Virus record (IMG/VR): IMGVR_UViG_3300028591_000087
Span: 32,001-96,000 of that record
Length of the DNA stretch: 64,000 nucleotides
Direction: 5' to 3' (one strand)
From: a virus
Taxonomy: Duplodnaviria; Caudoviricetes
Shown piece after piece: positions 39,801 to 55,460 of this stretch (the stretch's first letter is position 1; every line of letters begins with the position of its first letter). The notes under the pieces are model-generated. The model was not told where the DNA came from and searched no databases. It was given only the letters and a program-made list of their open reading frames with translations. The position numbers were made by a program, and so were the translations under genes.

Positions 39801-42800
39801 AAGAATATGAAAAATTAAAGTCTTAGTTTGAAGAAAATGAAATATCGAGAAATGAATATGTAGCTGGTTTAACTAATATAACTAATTCTTTAGATATTGA
39901 AGGAACACATGTTGCAGAATTAACAGGGAATTATCGTGAATTAGAAACTGCTATTAAAAATGCTACAGCAGAAAGATTAGCTTCTAATTCAAAAGAAGCG
40001 TTTATAGAATATAGTAATGCCAGAGATTCAAGTTAGACATTGTTATTATCTGCAAAAGAGCAAGATTCTAATAGCTATATTGATTTAAAGAAATTTCAAA
40101 ATTAGTCTAATACTGCTGTTGAATCAATTGATTTTTTAGAACAAATGTTAAATAGTGGTGAATATAAGGCTAATTTAAAACGATTTAGTCAAACAGATTC
40201 TGTTGAAGAAATTTTTAATTTAATGTTTGGTGGTATTACAGGAGTTTCACGTGGACAAGACGGAATTCTTGGTGGTGGATTCGCAGATGATTTATATTTT
40301 GAATCTGATATTGAAACATTAAAACAATTATCTGATCGATTTAAAGAGTTAAGAGAAAAAGCTTCTGATGTGACTGATCCAATGCGCAGTATTTATGGAG
40401 CAATTATTAGTTCTATTCCTTTTTAGAATTTAGAATCATACGTAAATAGTGCAGTAGATCCAGTAAAAAAATTATAGGCTGTATCTATGAAATCATTTGC
40501 ATCAGAATATTTGAATACTATTAATAGAAATACATTTGTATCTAATTATAAATCAAATTAGGAATAGTTTGGTAGAGATGCACTAATTCAATAGGTATTA
40601 AATGTTTGGGATAGTAAAAATATTGATATTAGTGAATATGGAGAAGAAGATGCTAAAATTTTAGCTCAACAATTTGTTGATGCATTTTTAGATGGATTTT
40701 CTGATTTATCATTTGAGACTGCAACTGAAAAAGATGCTGCCGCAATGCGAGATTAGATTTATAAAATTTTAGATAATATTTTATCTCCAGAAAAAGCATC
40801 TGAAATTAAAGACTATATAAAACAAAATTGGGATAATATTTTTAAAGATATATTTGCAAATATGAAGAACCCATATGAATTTGATTGGGGTTCTTTAGAA
40901 AATACTGAAATAGAAGATATTATTCCAAATCTTCAGGGCTTATCTGAATATAATAAAGCTACAAATAAATATGAGACATTATTAAATTATACTACTAGAA
41001 ATGATCTTACGTCTGCAGATTTACCAGATATTTTAGGTTTATTAAATGATGAAGATATTTCAAGAATATTTGATAATTAGTACAGTACTGTTAGTTCTCT
41101 TTAGTCTGCATTAGATAATGGTCTTGTAGATAAAACAAAAGTTTTAAATACTATTTTAAATGATTTAACAGCTAATATAATGCTATATTATGATGCAATT
41201 TTAGATCCTGCGACAGTTTTATAGGCTAGCATTACAAAATAGGTAGCTGATATTCGAAATAATTGGAAAACACGTATAGGAAAACCGACTATAGATGAAG
41301 AAACTTTAAGTGAATATTTAGAAAATGGGCAAAAAATTTATGATGCTGATAAAAAAGATTTAGCTAATCAAGAAGAAAAAGAAGAAGTTTCAAAAGTTTT
41401 ACGAGCTTTAATTGATAACAGCCCTTCTTTTAAAAAATTTATGTTAGAGCAACTTGCTGACATGGATACTGGACTAAATTGGGTGTCAAATGAATCTTTA
41501 ATTAATGGATATACTGATAGTGGTAGACCAACATATTTTTCCGCGTTAACTGATGAAAAACTTAAATATGTAATAGGTGTTGCTCAATAGTATTATACAG
41601 CTGATAGTATATAGAAAGGGCAACAATTAAATACAACATTAAATAATTTACCAGAAATAAGATATGGTGCATCTACATCTATTACTTCTTCTAAAACTAT
41701 CCATACTTAGGAAGAAGCTATGGCAGCTGAACAAGAAAGACAAAAAGCAAAATCTGATGCGGAAAATGCTAAACGAGAAGCTGAGGAACGAGCTAAACAA
41801 GCTCAACGAGATAAGATTAAGACTGATATTACTAGCTTAAAAGATATTAATTTAAAAAAATTAGATGTTATTACTCCTCAAATACAAGCATTATTAAATT
41901 TAGATGAACAATAGGTATTAGATTTCCATAAATTAGATACACAAAGTTAGGAAAATTTTATTACTCAAGCTTTAAAAGAAAATAAGACTAAACTTGAAAA
42001 TTCTTATGCTGAAGATGAAGAAATTAGTTTAGAAGATAAATAGATATTAGCTATATTAACTCAATTAATACAAGAACGTGAAAACGCTCCAGATAAAGCT
42101 AATTATGAAGCTGCTTATGAGGCAACCAAAACAGCATTACAAGAATAGCAAACTGAATTAACTAAAATGTAGTCCGGAGCGAATACTTTATTAAATAATT
42201 ATCAAACAGGAAAATTAGATAATGTTGCTTTAAATACATTAAGTCAAAGTGGCTTAGGAAAATTAGTTCAAGATTATCAAACTGTAACGACTGAGCAAGA
42301 ACGTTTAAATATTGCTACTCAAGCATATAGTCAATATTTACTTCAATAGCAAGAATATTTAACTGAATAGAATAAATTATACCAAGAAATTAATAGTAAT
42401 ATAAACAAAATGACAGATGAACAAAAAGAAAGTACTGATAAAATTACTGACTCAACACAATTTATTAAAGATTATTTTGGTAATGTAAGTGAGCCAACAA
42501 AAGGATTATTATTGTCTGCAATGCAAACAGTGGCTTCTAAAAAAGGAGTCGCATCTATTGCTGACATGTCAGTTAAAGAAATGCTTCCTGCATTATAGGA
42601 ATATATTGATACTGTTATTACAGAAAATAATAATGCGTTTTAGACTATTAAAGCAACTGGTATTGATACATTAACTTCAACTTGGGAAGCTGCAGCGTCT
42701 GAGGCGGCTACGGCTGCAAAGAGTTCGGTAGAAGAATGGGAAACTGCGTTCTCTAATATTGCTGTGCTAAGAGAAAAGTTATTAAAAGGTGAAAGCATTG

Positions 42801-45800
42801 CTAAAGATGTATTTGGTGATTGGACTAAATACAGAGATGCTTATCTTGCCAGTGGCGAAGAAAGTTATGAAGAATTTAATAAAAAAGTTTTATTAAATGA
42901 TGATACATTAAATTTACAGCAAAAAGACTTTAAAGATTATACAGAAAGACTTAAAAAGAATTTTGGATTAACTAGTCAAACAGTTGGACGCGATGGAATG
43001 TACATATCTGCAGAAGCATAGATGTCTGCGGAAAGAGCTAAATTTAGTCGTAAATATACTAATTTACCTGAATATGCAGTTAATTCCATGTGGGCAAGTA
43101 GTAATGAAAGAAAATTAGCAGAAACATATGTAAGACAAAATGCAAAGACATTATTACAAAGTTACTATGGAGATAGTAAAACAGAGACAGAAATTAATGA
43201 TCTAGTAGATCAATATATGCATGGCTCAGTTGAAGTTATGCAAGAAGCTGCTAATGCTATGAATAAAGTAGCTGATGGCATGGCGCAAGGTACTGAAAGA
43301 GATCAATTACTTTCTGATGTTGAAATTCAACAATAGGAAATTACTGAACAACAAAGTACAGCAAGAGAATTATTGGAGTCTATTATTACTGGTAAAGTAG
43401 ATACTCCATGGCAAAATCGTTTAGATAAAAATGAAGCAAAAAATGAACAGAAATTATAGGAATTAGCTGATGCATTAAATATGCCATTAGAAGATTTAAA
43501 GAAATTATCATATGAACAAATACAAGAAAAATATAAAGAACTTGGTATACAAATTGATAAAACTGCGGATGAATTTAATATATTAAATCAAGCAATCGCC
43601 GCCGGTGATTTTGATGGTAAAAAAGTTTCAAATTATACAAAGGATGGTCATATTTTATTTGAAACAGATTAGCCAATTACAAAATATGGTTCTGAAGCAG
43701 GATATGATACAGAAAAACTTGCTAGACAAGATTGGTTAGCAATGAAAAAATCTGGCGAAGTAAATATCGAAAACACAAAAGTTGTTAAAGGTAATGATGG
43801 AAAATATTATATACTTGATAATGTTGAAGAATCATAGGTAGAAGAAGGTAAATATACTTCTACAGCAAAATCAAATGTTGCGGGTGAATCAGAATCTGCT
43901 CTTGATCAAGCTAATAAATAGGCTCAAGAAGATTGGCTATCTAATCGTAGTAAAGAACTTGAAAAATTAGATGCTTTACAAATTGATTTAAATAATCCTG
44001 ATGTAAAACCTGCTAAACTTGTTAATGATTGGGAAGCATTAGCTAGCACTCTTGATTTAACTAACGAAAAGATTGCTTATTATTATCAATAGATGCAACA
44101 GGCTGGCGATGATAGTGACAAATTATAGGCTGCTATTGATGGAATGACTGCTTCAATTCTTCAGCAAGGCGATGTAATGCTTACTGATACTGAATCTTTA
44201 AGCTTAATGCTTTAGCAATTTGCTGAATTATATAAAGTTACTGATAAAAGTGGTAATGCTTTAAATTATAATACATTAATGGCAATTCGTTTAGCAAGAG
44301 AAACATTAAGTTTAAAGAGCATAGTACAAGATTTAAATACTAAAGTTAAAACATATACTAATAATACTGATTATGCCTCAGATTCAGTTAAAGATTTACG
44401 TAAAAAATTAAATGAAGCAAATGAATCATTTGATGATTATGTAGATAAATTAAACGATGCATCTGATGAAGAAAAAGATTTATTAAAAGCAACTAATAAC
44501 ATGATCAACGGATTTGAAGATTTAGGAAAAGAATTAGGCGTAAAACCTGAAGAATTAGATGATTATGTTGATTCATTAATAGATGCTGAAGATACTTCTG
44601 ATTTTGTTAAAAAAGCTTTAAGTAATGTTGGACAAGAAACAAAAAATGCTTTAGCTGAAGCTGCAGACTATTTTACTGGCGAAGATTTTAAAACTGATAT
44701 GGCAGCAGATGTTAATGCAGAATTAGCAAGAGATTTTAATGACATGGTAACTCAATCAGCTGCACTTTGTGATATTTCAGTTGTAGAAATGAATCAAGTT
44801 TATGATAATTTTATGGCTGAATTGAAATAGCATAGTGGAGATGTCAATGAAATCAATTGGGGCAATGTAATTCCTAATCTTGATGTAGATACATCAAAAA
44901 TACAAAGTGTATTAATTAATTTAGTAAATTTAGCAAGTTCAGTTAAAAGTGCGGTAACTGGAACTGGAGTAACTGCTTTAAGTGGATTAGTTAATAATAT
45001 TGGAAAAATAAAACAGGCTTTAGCATTAGCTAAAACCGCTAATACCAAAGGCGGCGGAGGCGGTGGCGCTTCTAATGTTAAAAATGATGTTGCTCCTACT
45101 GAATCTTCTGGTGGTGGCGGTGGTAATAAAACCAAGAAGTCGCTTGAAAAAATGCAAGAAGATGAAAAAGAACGCTATCATGAAATAACAAAGCGCATTG
45201 ATGAACAAAGCAAAGAATTAAATAAATTAGACAAAATTAAATCCGCAGCTTTTGGTGCAAATCATATTAAAGCTATTAACGATGAAATTACAGCATTAAA
45301 GAAAGAAAAAGTTTTATATGATGAATTAGCGACAGAAGCAAATAGTAATCTTGCAACTAATAGATCTGCTCTTGTCGGATTTGGTGCAACGTTTAATTCA
45401 GATGGTACAGTAAATTATGATGAGTTTATGAACAAAATTACTCGTGAGTATAATGCTGCCGTTGAGAAGTATAATGACACAGACGCAGAAGACCAGAAGA
45501 AAGCAAAAATAGATTTAGATTATGCAAAAGAAAGATATGATAAAGCAAAAGAAGCATTAGAAGATTATGAAGAAGATATGGAGAAAGTACAAGATGCTGA
45601 AGAAAATCTTCTTGATATTGTAAACCAGATTTCCGCAAAGACTCTTGAAGCTATTGAGTATAAGATTGAAGTTAAGTTTGATATCAATGACCGCGATGTT
45701 AAATATATGCAATATCTTAGAAACAAATGGGAAGACGTGTTAGATAAAGCAGATGAATCAATGGAACAAATGATCAATGAAGCAAAAGAGTATAAGGATA

Positions 45801-48109
45801 ATTTAGATGTATTACAAATTGCGAATGATGAATTGTATAAACAATATAATGAAGGTAATTTAACTGCGGCCGATTTCGCTGAAGGTCTAAAAGAAATTAA
45901 TGATAAGAGTCTTGAAATGCTTGAGAATTTAATCACAATCAAAAAGTCTATTAAAGAAGCATATGGTAATGCATTAGAAACAGCAAATGACGAACTTGAA
46001 AAGCATACTGCTGTATTAGAACATTCTTATTCTATGATGGAAAAATATATTCAGATACAGCAATTGATTGGTATGGGAACCGATTATACTGGTCTTAAAG
46101 CTATGTACGAGTTCTAGTACAAATCTAGCTTGGCTAGTGTTGAAGCTGCAAAAATTTATTTAGACACTTTAAAGGATGAAGAAGAAGTATTACAAAGACA
46201 AATTAATGCTTATGGTTGGACTGAAGTTTTAAAACAACAATGGGAAGATTTACAAGAACGTATTCGCGATGGTGAAGATGAATTAGCTGAAAAAACAAAT
46301 CAAACATTAACAACTGCACAAAATGCTTTTGCTAATGCGATCAAAGCTGCAATTGAAAAGTTTGATGAATTCGTATTTGGAGTGCGGGGCGGGCTTTCTA
46401 AGTTAGAAGCCGATTACCAGTACTATCAAGAGGAACAAGAAAGATATCTTTCTACTTCTAAAGAGTTATACGAAGTTGCTAAATTAAATAGAGAAATTAA
46501 TGGATCTTTAGATGAAGTAACTAGTCAGCTCACAAAAACTAGATTGCGCGAATTGCAAGAAGAAATTAAATCTCTTTCTGAAAAGAATCGCTTGACTGAA
46601 TATGATGTTCAAATGTTAGAGTTACAATACAAGTATGCTCTTGCTCTTGAAGATCTTGAAGATAAGAAAAATGCTAAGTCTATTGTGCGGTTAACTCGTG
46701 ATGAAAATGGTAATTATGGTTATCAGTATACCGCAGATAGCGAAGAGATTGATAAAGCCGCGCAGCAGGTCGATGATGTATTGCAATAGATCAATGAACT
46801 CGCAGCCAATCGCACTGCCGAAATTGAGCAGGCAGCTATTTCTGCGCAACGTAATTATTATGATAACTTAGAGCAAATTTCTAATGATACTAGCTTAAGT
46901 ATTGAAGAACGTCAAGCCCGCATCGAAGAGTTAACTCAACGTTATGCGGAAACGATGCAATTTAATCAAGAGCAATACAATAACGCTACTAATGCGCTCT
47001 TGACCAATCAAGAATATGTATATAAGCGTTATGGTACAAGTATTATGGAAAATACCGGAATGATTCAAGATCAGATGAATAGTGCAATTACCGCAATGAT
47101 TAATAAGACTAATGATTGGTCAGCTTATTTAAGCACTCAGTTACAGCCTGGTGGAGAAATTTATGAAGCTCTTGAAACTTATAAGCAATAGCTTGATGAA
47201 ACAAATATTTCCGCGGGACTGGGTAATCGTCAACAAGCAGTACAAAACATGACTAATAGTATTGATGATTTGACTGAAGCTAATGAAGCGGCTGATGAAG
47301 CAATTCGTAACATCGCTGATACATTAGATGATACATTAAAGAACATTAATGCGCAAACAATTGCATGGGAAGAATTAACTGGATCCATTCAAGATGCTAT
47401 TGATGCATATGAAAAATTGGCTTAGACTTCCGGCAATAAGATTGGTGAGCTTGGTTAGAATGTAGTTAATACTGGTGTAGGTGGCGAAGAAGTAAAGACT
47501 AAACCAAAGAATGTATATACTTATACCTGGGTTGATGAATATGGTATTATGCATCCTGGTGAATGGTCTTATGATAGTTATAGCTCTGCTATGGAAGGTG
47601 CTGAATAGAATATTAAATCATTCTATTCTTCTTACTTAACTGCTGGCGAGGATGATGCTGAAACAGCTGCCAATAAGGCTACATATGAATCATTAATCAA
47701 TGCAGCTTTAGGTACACGTAGTGCTCCATCTACGCAAGTTGCAACGTTCCTTCATGGCGGTATGATTGATTTTACAGGTCCTGCCTGGGTTGATGGCTCA
47801 ACTAGTTCCCCAGAATCAATCTTAAACGCTGGTGATACAGCAAATATGGTCCGCATGGCTAATTTAATTCATGATATTGATCTTGAAGCATTGAGATTAC
47901 TTTATGAATCAATTAACCAGTCTGCTCTTGGAATGATGTATCCACTTAATGGATTACTTAATAGCCAATCTATTAATCCATTTGCAACTGAATTACAACA
48001 ACATGTTACAATCACTGCTGAGTTCCCTAACGCTACTGACCATAGTGAAATCGAACAGGCATTTGAAGATATTGTTAATCTAGCCGCACAGTATGCGGGA
48101 CGTAAATAA
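36818..48109 (+). CDS. Tail tape measure protein (~3,763 aa, many in-frame TAG)
   Basis: The long + fragments from 37187 to 47762 share one frame; TP901-like TMP core at 37.2-38.2 kb; long helical composition; C-terminal GG..DFTGPAWVDG..PE motif. Confidence 0.85.
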
Positions 48110-48163
48110 GAGGGTGGCTTTGCCACCCTCTTATTTTTATTTGGGTAATATACATTAATAAAT

Positions 48164-48192
48164 TTGACAAGATTTTTAAAAATTGGTAGAAT
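48164..48192 (+). promoter_or_regulatory. sigmaA-type promoter for distal tail genes
   Basis: TTGACA-N17-TAGAAT with extended TG, after terminator 48109-48139. Confidence 0.65.
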
Positions 48193-48214
48193 ATGAGAAA
48201 AAGGAGTGAGTAGT

Positions 48215-51200
48215 TTGTCTAATAGTACCGAGAAATTATTTGATGCTGTAAGTCTTGTTGCTAATAGTATTGTATAGAAATATCAATATGATAAGACTAT
48301 TGAAGCTAAGATTGTTTCTGATGACAAAAAAGATTAGGGCATCTATAAGGTAGAATTTGAAAATGCTATAATGGACGCATATTCAAATGACAGCTACTAC
48401 AAAAATGAGATTGTCTATGTCCATATTCCAAATGGCGATTTTAGTAAATAGAAACATATCGTTGGACGTAAAGTGGATATAGAAAAAGCACCAAACCGCA
48501 CTTTTAATTTAAGGATGCCTTTTGATGATTTTGTTGGGATTGAAAAGTTAACTGAACAAACTCCTTACATATTTGGTAAGAGAGGATATTTAGCTAACTA
48601 TCCTAAACATGGTAATAACTATATATTTGATCAAGATTATTTAGATGCTGTTGCTGAAATAAGCGCTTAGATATCTACGTGTGATCGTCAATTTTATTCT
48701 AATTTAAATGGTTTAAATTATTTATATTTACAATTCTTAGATGAGTTAAATACTGATAATCTATTGAATACATATAATATAAAGTTAGTTGGCGGTTCCC
48801 GTATTAGAAATGTAATTGCGGAAAGTACAAAAACTTTCTATGATGTATTAGTAGAAAGCGTTGAAGCAAAATCTATAGAAAATTTTAGAGATTATTTACA
48901 AAATTATGCCTCATTACAAGGATCAGTAGCTAAAGATATTTCTGCGGAAATTGGTCAAACAGATTATGATGATTTAATTAAATATATTAATTTAGCTTGT
49001 GAAAAAGAAACAGTATTATTATAGACTGCTTATCAAGCAGATCGTGATATTTATGTAAAGCAAGCACAAGAAATAACTGATAATTTCGCTGAAGGCAATT
49101 ATAATTTATTATGGTCTTGGCGCAATACATCATCTACTCCTCTTGTAGAAACTATGTTAGGGATTTCCGCAGATTTCCAAACATTAATTGGATCTTATCG
49201 ACCTATTAGAGGTTTATATGGTTTAAGAATTTTAATTTCTGGTATTTTACGTTAGCCAGAAGAGAATCAGCCTTCTTATCATACAGAAGAAATTATTTGG
49301 AATAATGAAGAGATGTATGGTAATACATATGCATATGCTACACCATATACTCAACAAAAAGTTCTTGATGTATCTAATTTCTTGTCTTTAACCGGTATTG
49401 ATATTTATTTCTATCAAGATGATAGTCATTATGTAAATGACATTGCCGATCATTTCCTTTTGGATAATTTTATGGATGAATAGCATTAGCTTATTCCTTA
49501 TGATGATGATGATCATAGATTATTACCTAAAAATATTTATGTAGATAATTTACAAGTATTTTTAGGTTTAACTACTTCTCAATGTAATACTGATAGAGTT
49601 TTGTTATATACATATGATTCTACTCAATATGGCGAAGATCCATTTAATGAAAATTCAAGAGATCAAGTAGATAAAAGAACTATTCAGATTTCTTGGATTC
49701 ACAAAATGAAAGATGGATCTATGGTGTTAGTAGATCATGCGAAAAAACGAAATGAGCATGATAATGCGGCACTTGAATGCTATGATGCAGAAATTCATTG
49801 GTATCATTATGTGTTTGAAATTCCGCAAGATACTACTATCATAGAGCAACGTCAAGGTGGAGTTAACTGGGAATATCTAGCCTATGAATATGTAGATGAT
49901 GTTAAAGAAGAAACTGTTTGGGTTAATGATGAACCAGAAACAGTAGAAGTTCCATATCACGCATATACTAAGTTTGCTATTGATGTAACTCCAGATATTG
50001 CAAAAGCAAAAGAAAAATGGAAAGTTATTGTTTCTGTTGGTGGAGTTCCTTATATTTCTGAACCGCTTATATTCTACAATTATGACTAGACAGTTGAACA
50101 AGCTGAACTTGAATCTGTTAATGAAGTTGTATTTAGAATTTTACGGGAAACCATTGATGAAAAAACTGGAAAAAAGATGCTTAAAGAAGATAATTCTTTA
50201 GATCAATTTCTTGTTTATGATGAAAATGGTAATTGTTTAAAAAATGATGATAATTTAAAATGGTCTCAAATTTGGTTCTATATACAGGTTTGGATTCGTA
50301 ATAATGAAGATGGCGGATATACTCCAATTGCTTTGTCAATAGATGAAGATAATTGGGATACATATACGACTTCAATTGAGTGGTTATTGCCAGGCATAAA
50401 TAGTATGTTATATAATATACTTGAACCAACCGATCAAGATTTAGCGAACGCTGAACTTGCGCCGACTACTGAGAATATTTCAGAAGGTTTTAGAACAGCT
50501 ATTCGTTTAAGTACACGTAAGTTCTAGATTAGAGATCATTGGAATTTAAGATACACAGATAATACAATCGCGGCACGCATTGTGCGGAATGGACGTTCTT
50601 ATAATATTCAAAAGAAATTTGAATTTGGTCAGTCCGGCACAATGGGTAGTGAATATTCTGTCGCTATTGTGCAAGATCTTCCTGAACGTGATTATATGAT
50701 TCAGGGAGAAGAATTCAGGGTAAGAGCAGTTGTTTATGATAGTAGAGGGAATAGAGTGAACAACTCAAACTTTGTTTTCTCTTGGGAATTGCTCTCACCA
50801 ACTAAGATTACGCCTGGTAAAAATAATCCTTACGAAGAATCTACTGCACAAGAATTATTTGAATAGATTCAGTATGGGTCAGACACTGCGGGCAATCATA
50901 ATAATGTAATTACCGGATTTATTCGTAATGAATATCCTCCAGTATTTAGAGTTACTATTCGTAATGCGGCAGATTATCCTTTAACTCAAACTGTTGGTTT
51001 TAGCTTAGTAAATCAAGTCTATGTAGATTCTTGTGATTTCATAGTTAATTGCCCTAATAAGATTGAATTTAAGAGCGATGGTAAAGTACCAATTACAATT
51101 ACCAGTCCTTTCGAAATTATTCGTATTGCAGATGGTTATACTAAGATTGAGCATTGTGATTGGGGACTTGAACAATATGTTTTAGATGACGACGTATATG

Positions 51201-54200
51201 TTCAAGTACAAGATAGTGATATAAGATGTGTAGGATTGAAACAAACTACATATCAAGATGAATCAATAGTAACAAATAACAACCCAGTTATTTATTGTTA
51301 TGTTATGAATGATGAAATTGATTTTGATTCATCTTTTAGCTTAGAAAATGATGGCATACATACAGTTGCATATTTTTATACGAATGTAAAGAATGCTATT
51401 AACCAAGATTATGCAGATAAGATTAGTGAACTATATGATTAGGATACAGTTGATCTTGACGCAGAATCAGCATTATTAATCACTAAGAATAATCGTATTC
51501 GTGAACTGAATCGTATTGTATAGAATCTTATTCCCCAATATACTGAATATGCTCTTGATCCTTATATTGGATATACACCAGGACGTGACGTCCCTTGGCA
51601 GTGGGATGATTCGCTTGAAGACGATTATTATACAATTTTATATTTTACTAACACAGATAATTTAAATGGTTAGGCTTATTATAAACAAGCCATTCCATTT
51701 ACTCGTAATGTATATAGTTCTTCATTGGTTAATTCTTGGAATGGTTCTTTAACTCTTGATGAACAAAATGGTGCTGTCTTGGCAACAATGATTAGCGCTG
51801 GCGCAAAAGACAGTAAGAATCGTTTTACAGGTGTTATGATGGGTGATTGGGCAGAGAAAGCTGATAACTCATTAGATGTACCTGGATTATATGGATTAAA
51901 ATATGGAGAACAAGTATTTGGATTTAAGACTGATGGTACTGGATTTATAGGTGCTTCTGGTAAGGGACGTATTGAGTTTGATGGTAATAAGTCTTTAATT
52001 AGTAATAATGATAGAACTTGTTACATTAACTTAGATCCAATTATCTACACTCTTGATACAAATAATCAAGTTGCGAGATTAAATAATTATTCTGGTTTTT
52101 CTCAATATTTCTTATATGCGCAAACTAAGAAAACAAGTAATGGAAATTATTTGGGTGAAGATAAATTAGAGGCTTCTACCTCTTGGGCATATGATTTTAT
52201 GTAGGATACAACAAATGATTACTTCATTGTTGATCCTAATAATGGTATTTTAACTACTGGTGGAATAATTGCGCGATATGGTAAGATTGGCAACTGGATG
52301 ATTTCTAATCTTGGTTTATACCAAAAGAAATCAGATGGTTTGACTTATACTGATAATCGTTATATGTATTTAGGCTTTTCCGCACTTACTGATGAAGAGC
52401 AAGCAATTATTGATGCTAAATATGGAACTAAGTATGCGAACCTTGAAAATCGTTATAGTATGATGATTCGAAGCGCGCGATCCAAGTTCCGCATGGAAGA
52501 GTTTAAAGTAATTGGTTAGTATAAGAAAGATATCTTTAATGTTGACCCAATTCATTTCTTTAATTACGCATGGCCAGTATATGACATTATTCAAGCATTG
52601 TAGGATACTCTTGATTGGGTTGATGATAATCCTGAGTATACTACAAATGAACTAATTAATACTTTAAAAGAACGAGTAGGCTATTACATTTATGAGCAAA
52701 CTTATTCTGGTTATCATAGACATTATAGTCATGGTGTAATGGAAAACGGTACACCTTATACTGGTGGTACTAGTGTTTATGGATATTGTATAACTAATTT
52801 GTCTGTTACTAATGATTCATACAGTGGTCAAACATTATAGATAGTTGCTAATACAAATAGACAACCAGAAGGACATCATTTCGCAGTATTTTGGACTTCA
52901 AGCACAAATAATACAAGTTTAATGAGTAGATACAATAACTTCTTTGGTACTCCTGGTTCATAGGGTGCATCTCAAAATCCACCTTATTACACAAGTGCGG
53001 AAGTTACTGCACATCAATGGGCTAATTGCTATACAGAGTATGGCGCAAAGACTGCAACATGTTCACGCTTAAATACTAATTTAGGTGAACAATATAATAA
53101 TGTTGAAGTATATCAAGAGACTCTTGATTGGTTGACAGCTTATTATAATTATCATTTGGAAGCATACCTTGATCAATTGGATATGATGATTGCGGAAGGA
53201 TTAAAAGATCTTACCGCAGAACAACGTGCTATTTATGATGCGGCAAAAGCAGAGAATGAAAGACAATTGCAATTGTATATTAAAAATGTAGTTGATCCTA
53301 TTTATAATTCTTATAAGTCTGCTTTTGATACTGCGAAGAATAAAGATATTCAAGAGTTCTTAGATGCTTCTTATGAAAATAGATATGCAATATTTGCGGG
53401 ATATCAATATGACCATGACCCACTATTTAGTGTAAACTGGCGTGGATATATGACCGCACGTGCGGGTAAAATTGGTGATTCTGCACCTTGGTATATTACA
53501 GATCACGGTCTTACATAGACAAGTGAATATGAACAAAGAGATAATTCAAATTTGCTAATTAGAAAAATTTATAGTACAATATTCTTAGGGAATCCAGATG
53601 CTCCTGCTAATAAAGCTGATTGGACTGACCTTGCAGGTGACACAGATCAATTAACTTTATTGCCAAATCATAATGAGGATGATAGTCCGCTGGTTTGGGG
53701 TGCATCTGATTTACCAAATGCTCCAACAAGAGGACGATTTGCTATTTATGCCGGTGGTCCTGGTTATGAGCGCAATTGGAATCCAAGCACAAATACTTGG
53801 ACCAGAGAATGGGTAAATACTGGAAAAATAAAATTTGGTGTGCGTCCAGATGGTACATTATATTCTACTCAAGGCGAAATTGGTAAATGGAAAATTTCTA
53901 ATATGAGTTTGAGTAGTTATGATGATAATATTATTTTGGACTCAAATAATTCATAGATTGTGCTTGGTATGGGTCGTACCATTTTATATGGTAATGGTAA
54001 GATTAAGTTAATTAATAGTGATGATAATGGCAATACCGCACGAGCTTGTATTGAATTAGCTGATTATCAATTAAGTGCGGATACTACAACTCATAGTGCA
54101 AGTAATTTACAAGTATTATCCGCGATTTCTACTGGCAGTTCTGGTGGTGGTGGAGATGGTAATATTACTAGTTTTGATGTTAATTGGCATTATAGCGGTG

Positions 54201-55435
54201 TTCATAGTGGTTAGTCTTACACTTATACTTGGAACACAGCGACTGCGATAACTGGTGAATCATCATCCACTATTGGAACATTATCAGAGCCAAATATTTT
54301 TTCTATTTGGGAACAAGGCTTGAATAATGCTGGTGTTAATTTAGTTACTGGTAAATTAGATTCAACAATTATTGGTGCAATATTATATCCACATAATGTA
54401 ACAAATGGTTATGCAACTTTAGGTACTCCTGGATCACCATGGAATTTATATGCTAATTCTATTTAGGGTGGCAATGCAAGATTAAATTCATTATATCTAG
54501 ACCAAGATGAATTGTATCTTGGTGGTGAAAAAGCTGCAACTCAAGAATGGGTTATCAATAAGTTAAAAGATTTAGTTGATAATGTATTATCTAATGCAAA
54601 TAGTGATGCTGGTGAAACAGCAGAAAAAGCTTAGAATGGTGTGCACAATGTTTGGAATAAATTAGCAGGTGCTTTTGATGGACCTTATTTTATTCATTCT
54701 TACAGTTTTGGTACTAATATTGGCTCTGGAGAAAAATTAGTATTATGGAGAACTTATAGTACATTTAATTTTGGAGCAATAGCTGATGGTGGAAATACTG
54801 CTAGTATAAATGTAAGAAATACAACATTAGAGAAACAGTCTTTAGGCGGAGAAGTTATAATTAATGGATTTGATGGAGGCGCTTCTGGTAAAGTTGCTGA
54901 TGGTTCATCTGTTTCTTCAACAGACTCCATAAAATCTTCACTTGGTACTTTAATAACAGCGTCAAGTAAAAGTGTAACAAAAATTGATACACTTACAATG
55001 AATGGCAAAAATATAAAATTGCAATTAGGTAATGCAAATGGTACTTGTGGTGATGCTGCTGAATAGTCTCTTAATCATTCACATGATTTTAATTTTGATT
55101 TTAGTGGTGGTGTTGTATCATTAACTATAGGTGATGCAAATTTTAATTCGGCCACGTCGGGACCTAAAACGTTCAACGTGGCCGCGACTCGCTGGTATGA
55201 TGATTAGATTTAGACTGCTAAAGTTGAAGCATCAAATGCAGCATTATCTGGTGTCTATGTTGGCTTTTCTGATGGAAAAGCAATTGCATATTCTGAAGGC
55301 GGATCAGCTTTAGACAGTAAATCATATCCAACGTCAAGTGTATCTGTTTCATTGGTTAAAGGTGATAGTACAATTCCTATTACTAGTGGATACACAATTC
55401 CATCTTCAGCAGTAGGCTATACTATAACATTCTAA
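48215..55435 (+). CDS. Very large tail/baseplate or adsorption protein (~2,406 aa, TAG-recoded)
   Basis: Fragments 48473 through 54641 share one frame; AAGGAG RBS; GxIGxWxI beta-repeat motifs; TAA at 55433. Confidence 0.7.
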
Positions 55436-55460
55436 TATAGAGTAAAAGGAGAATAAAATT

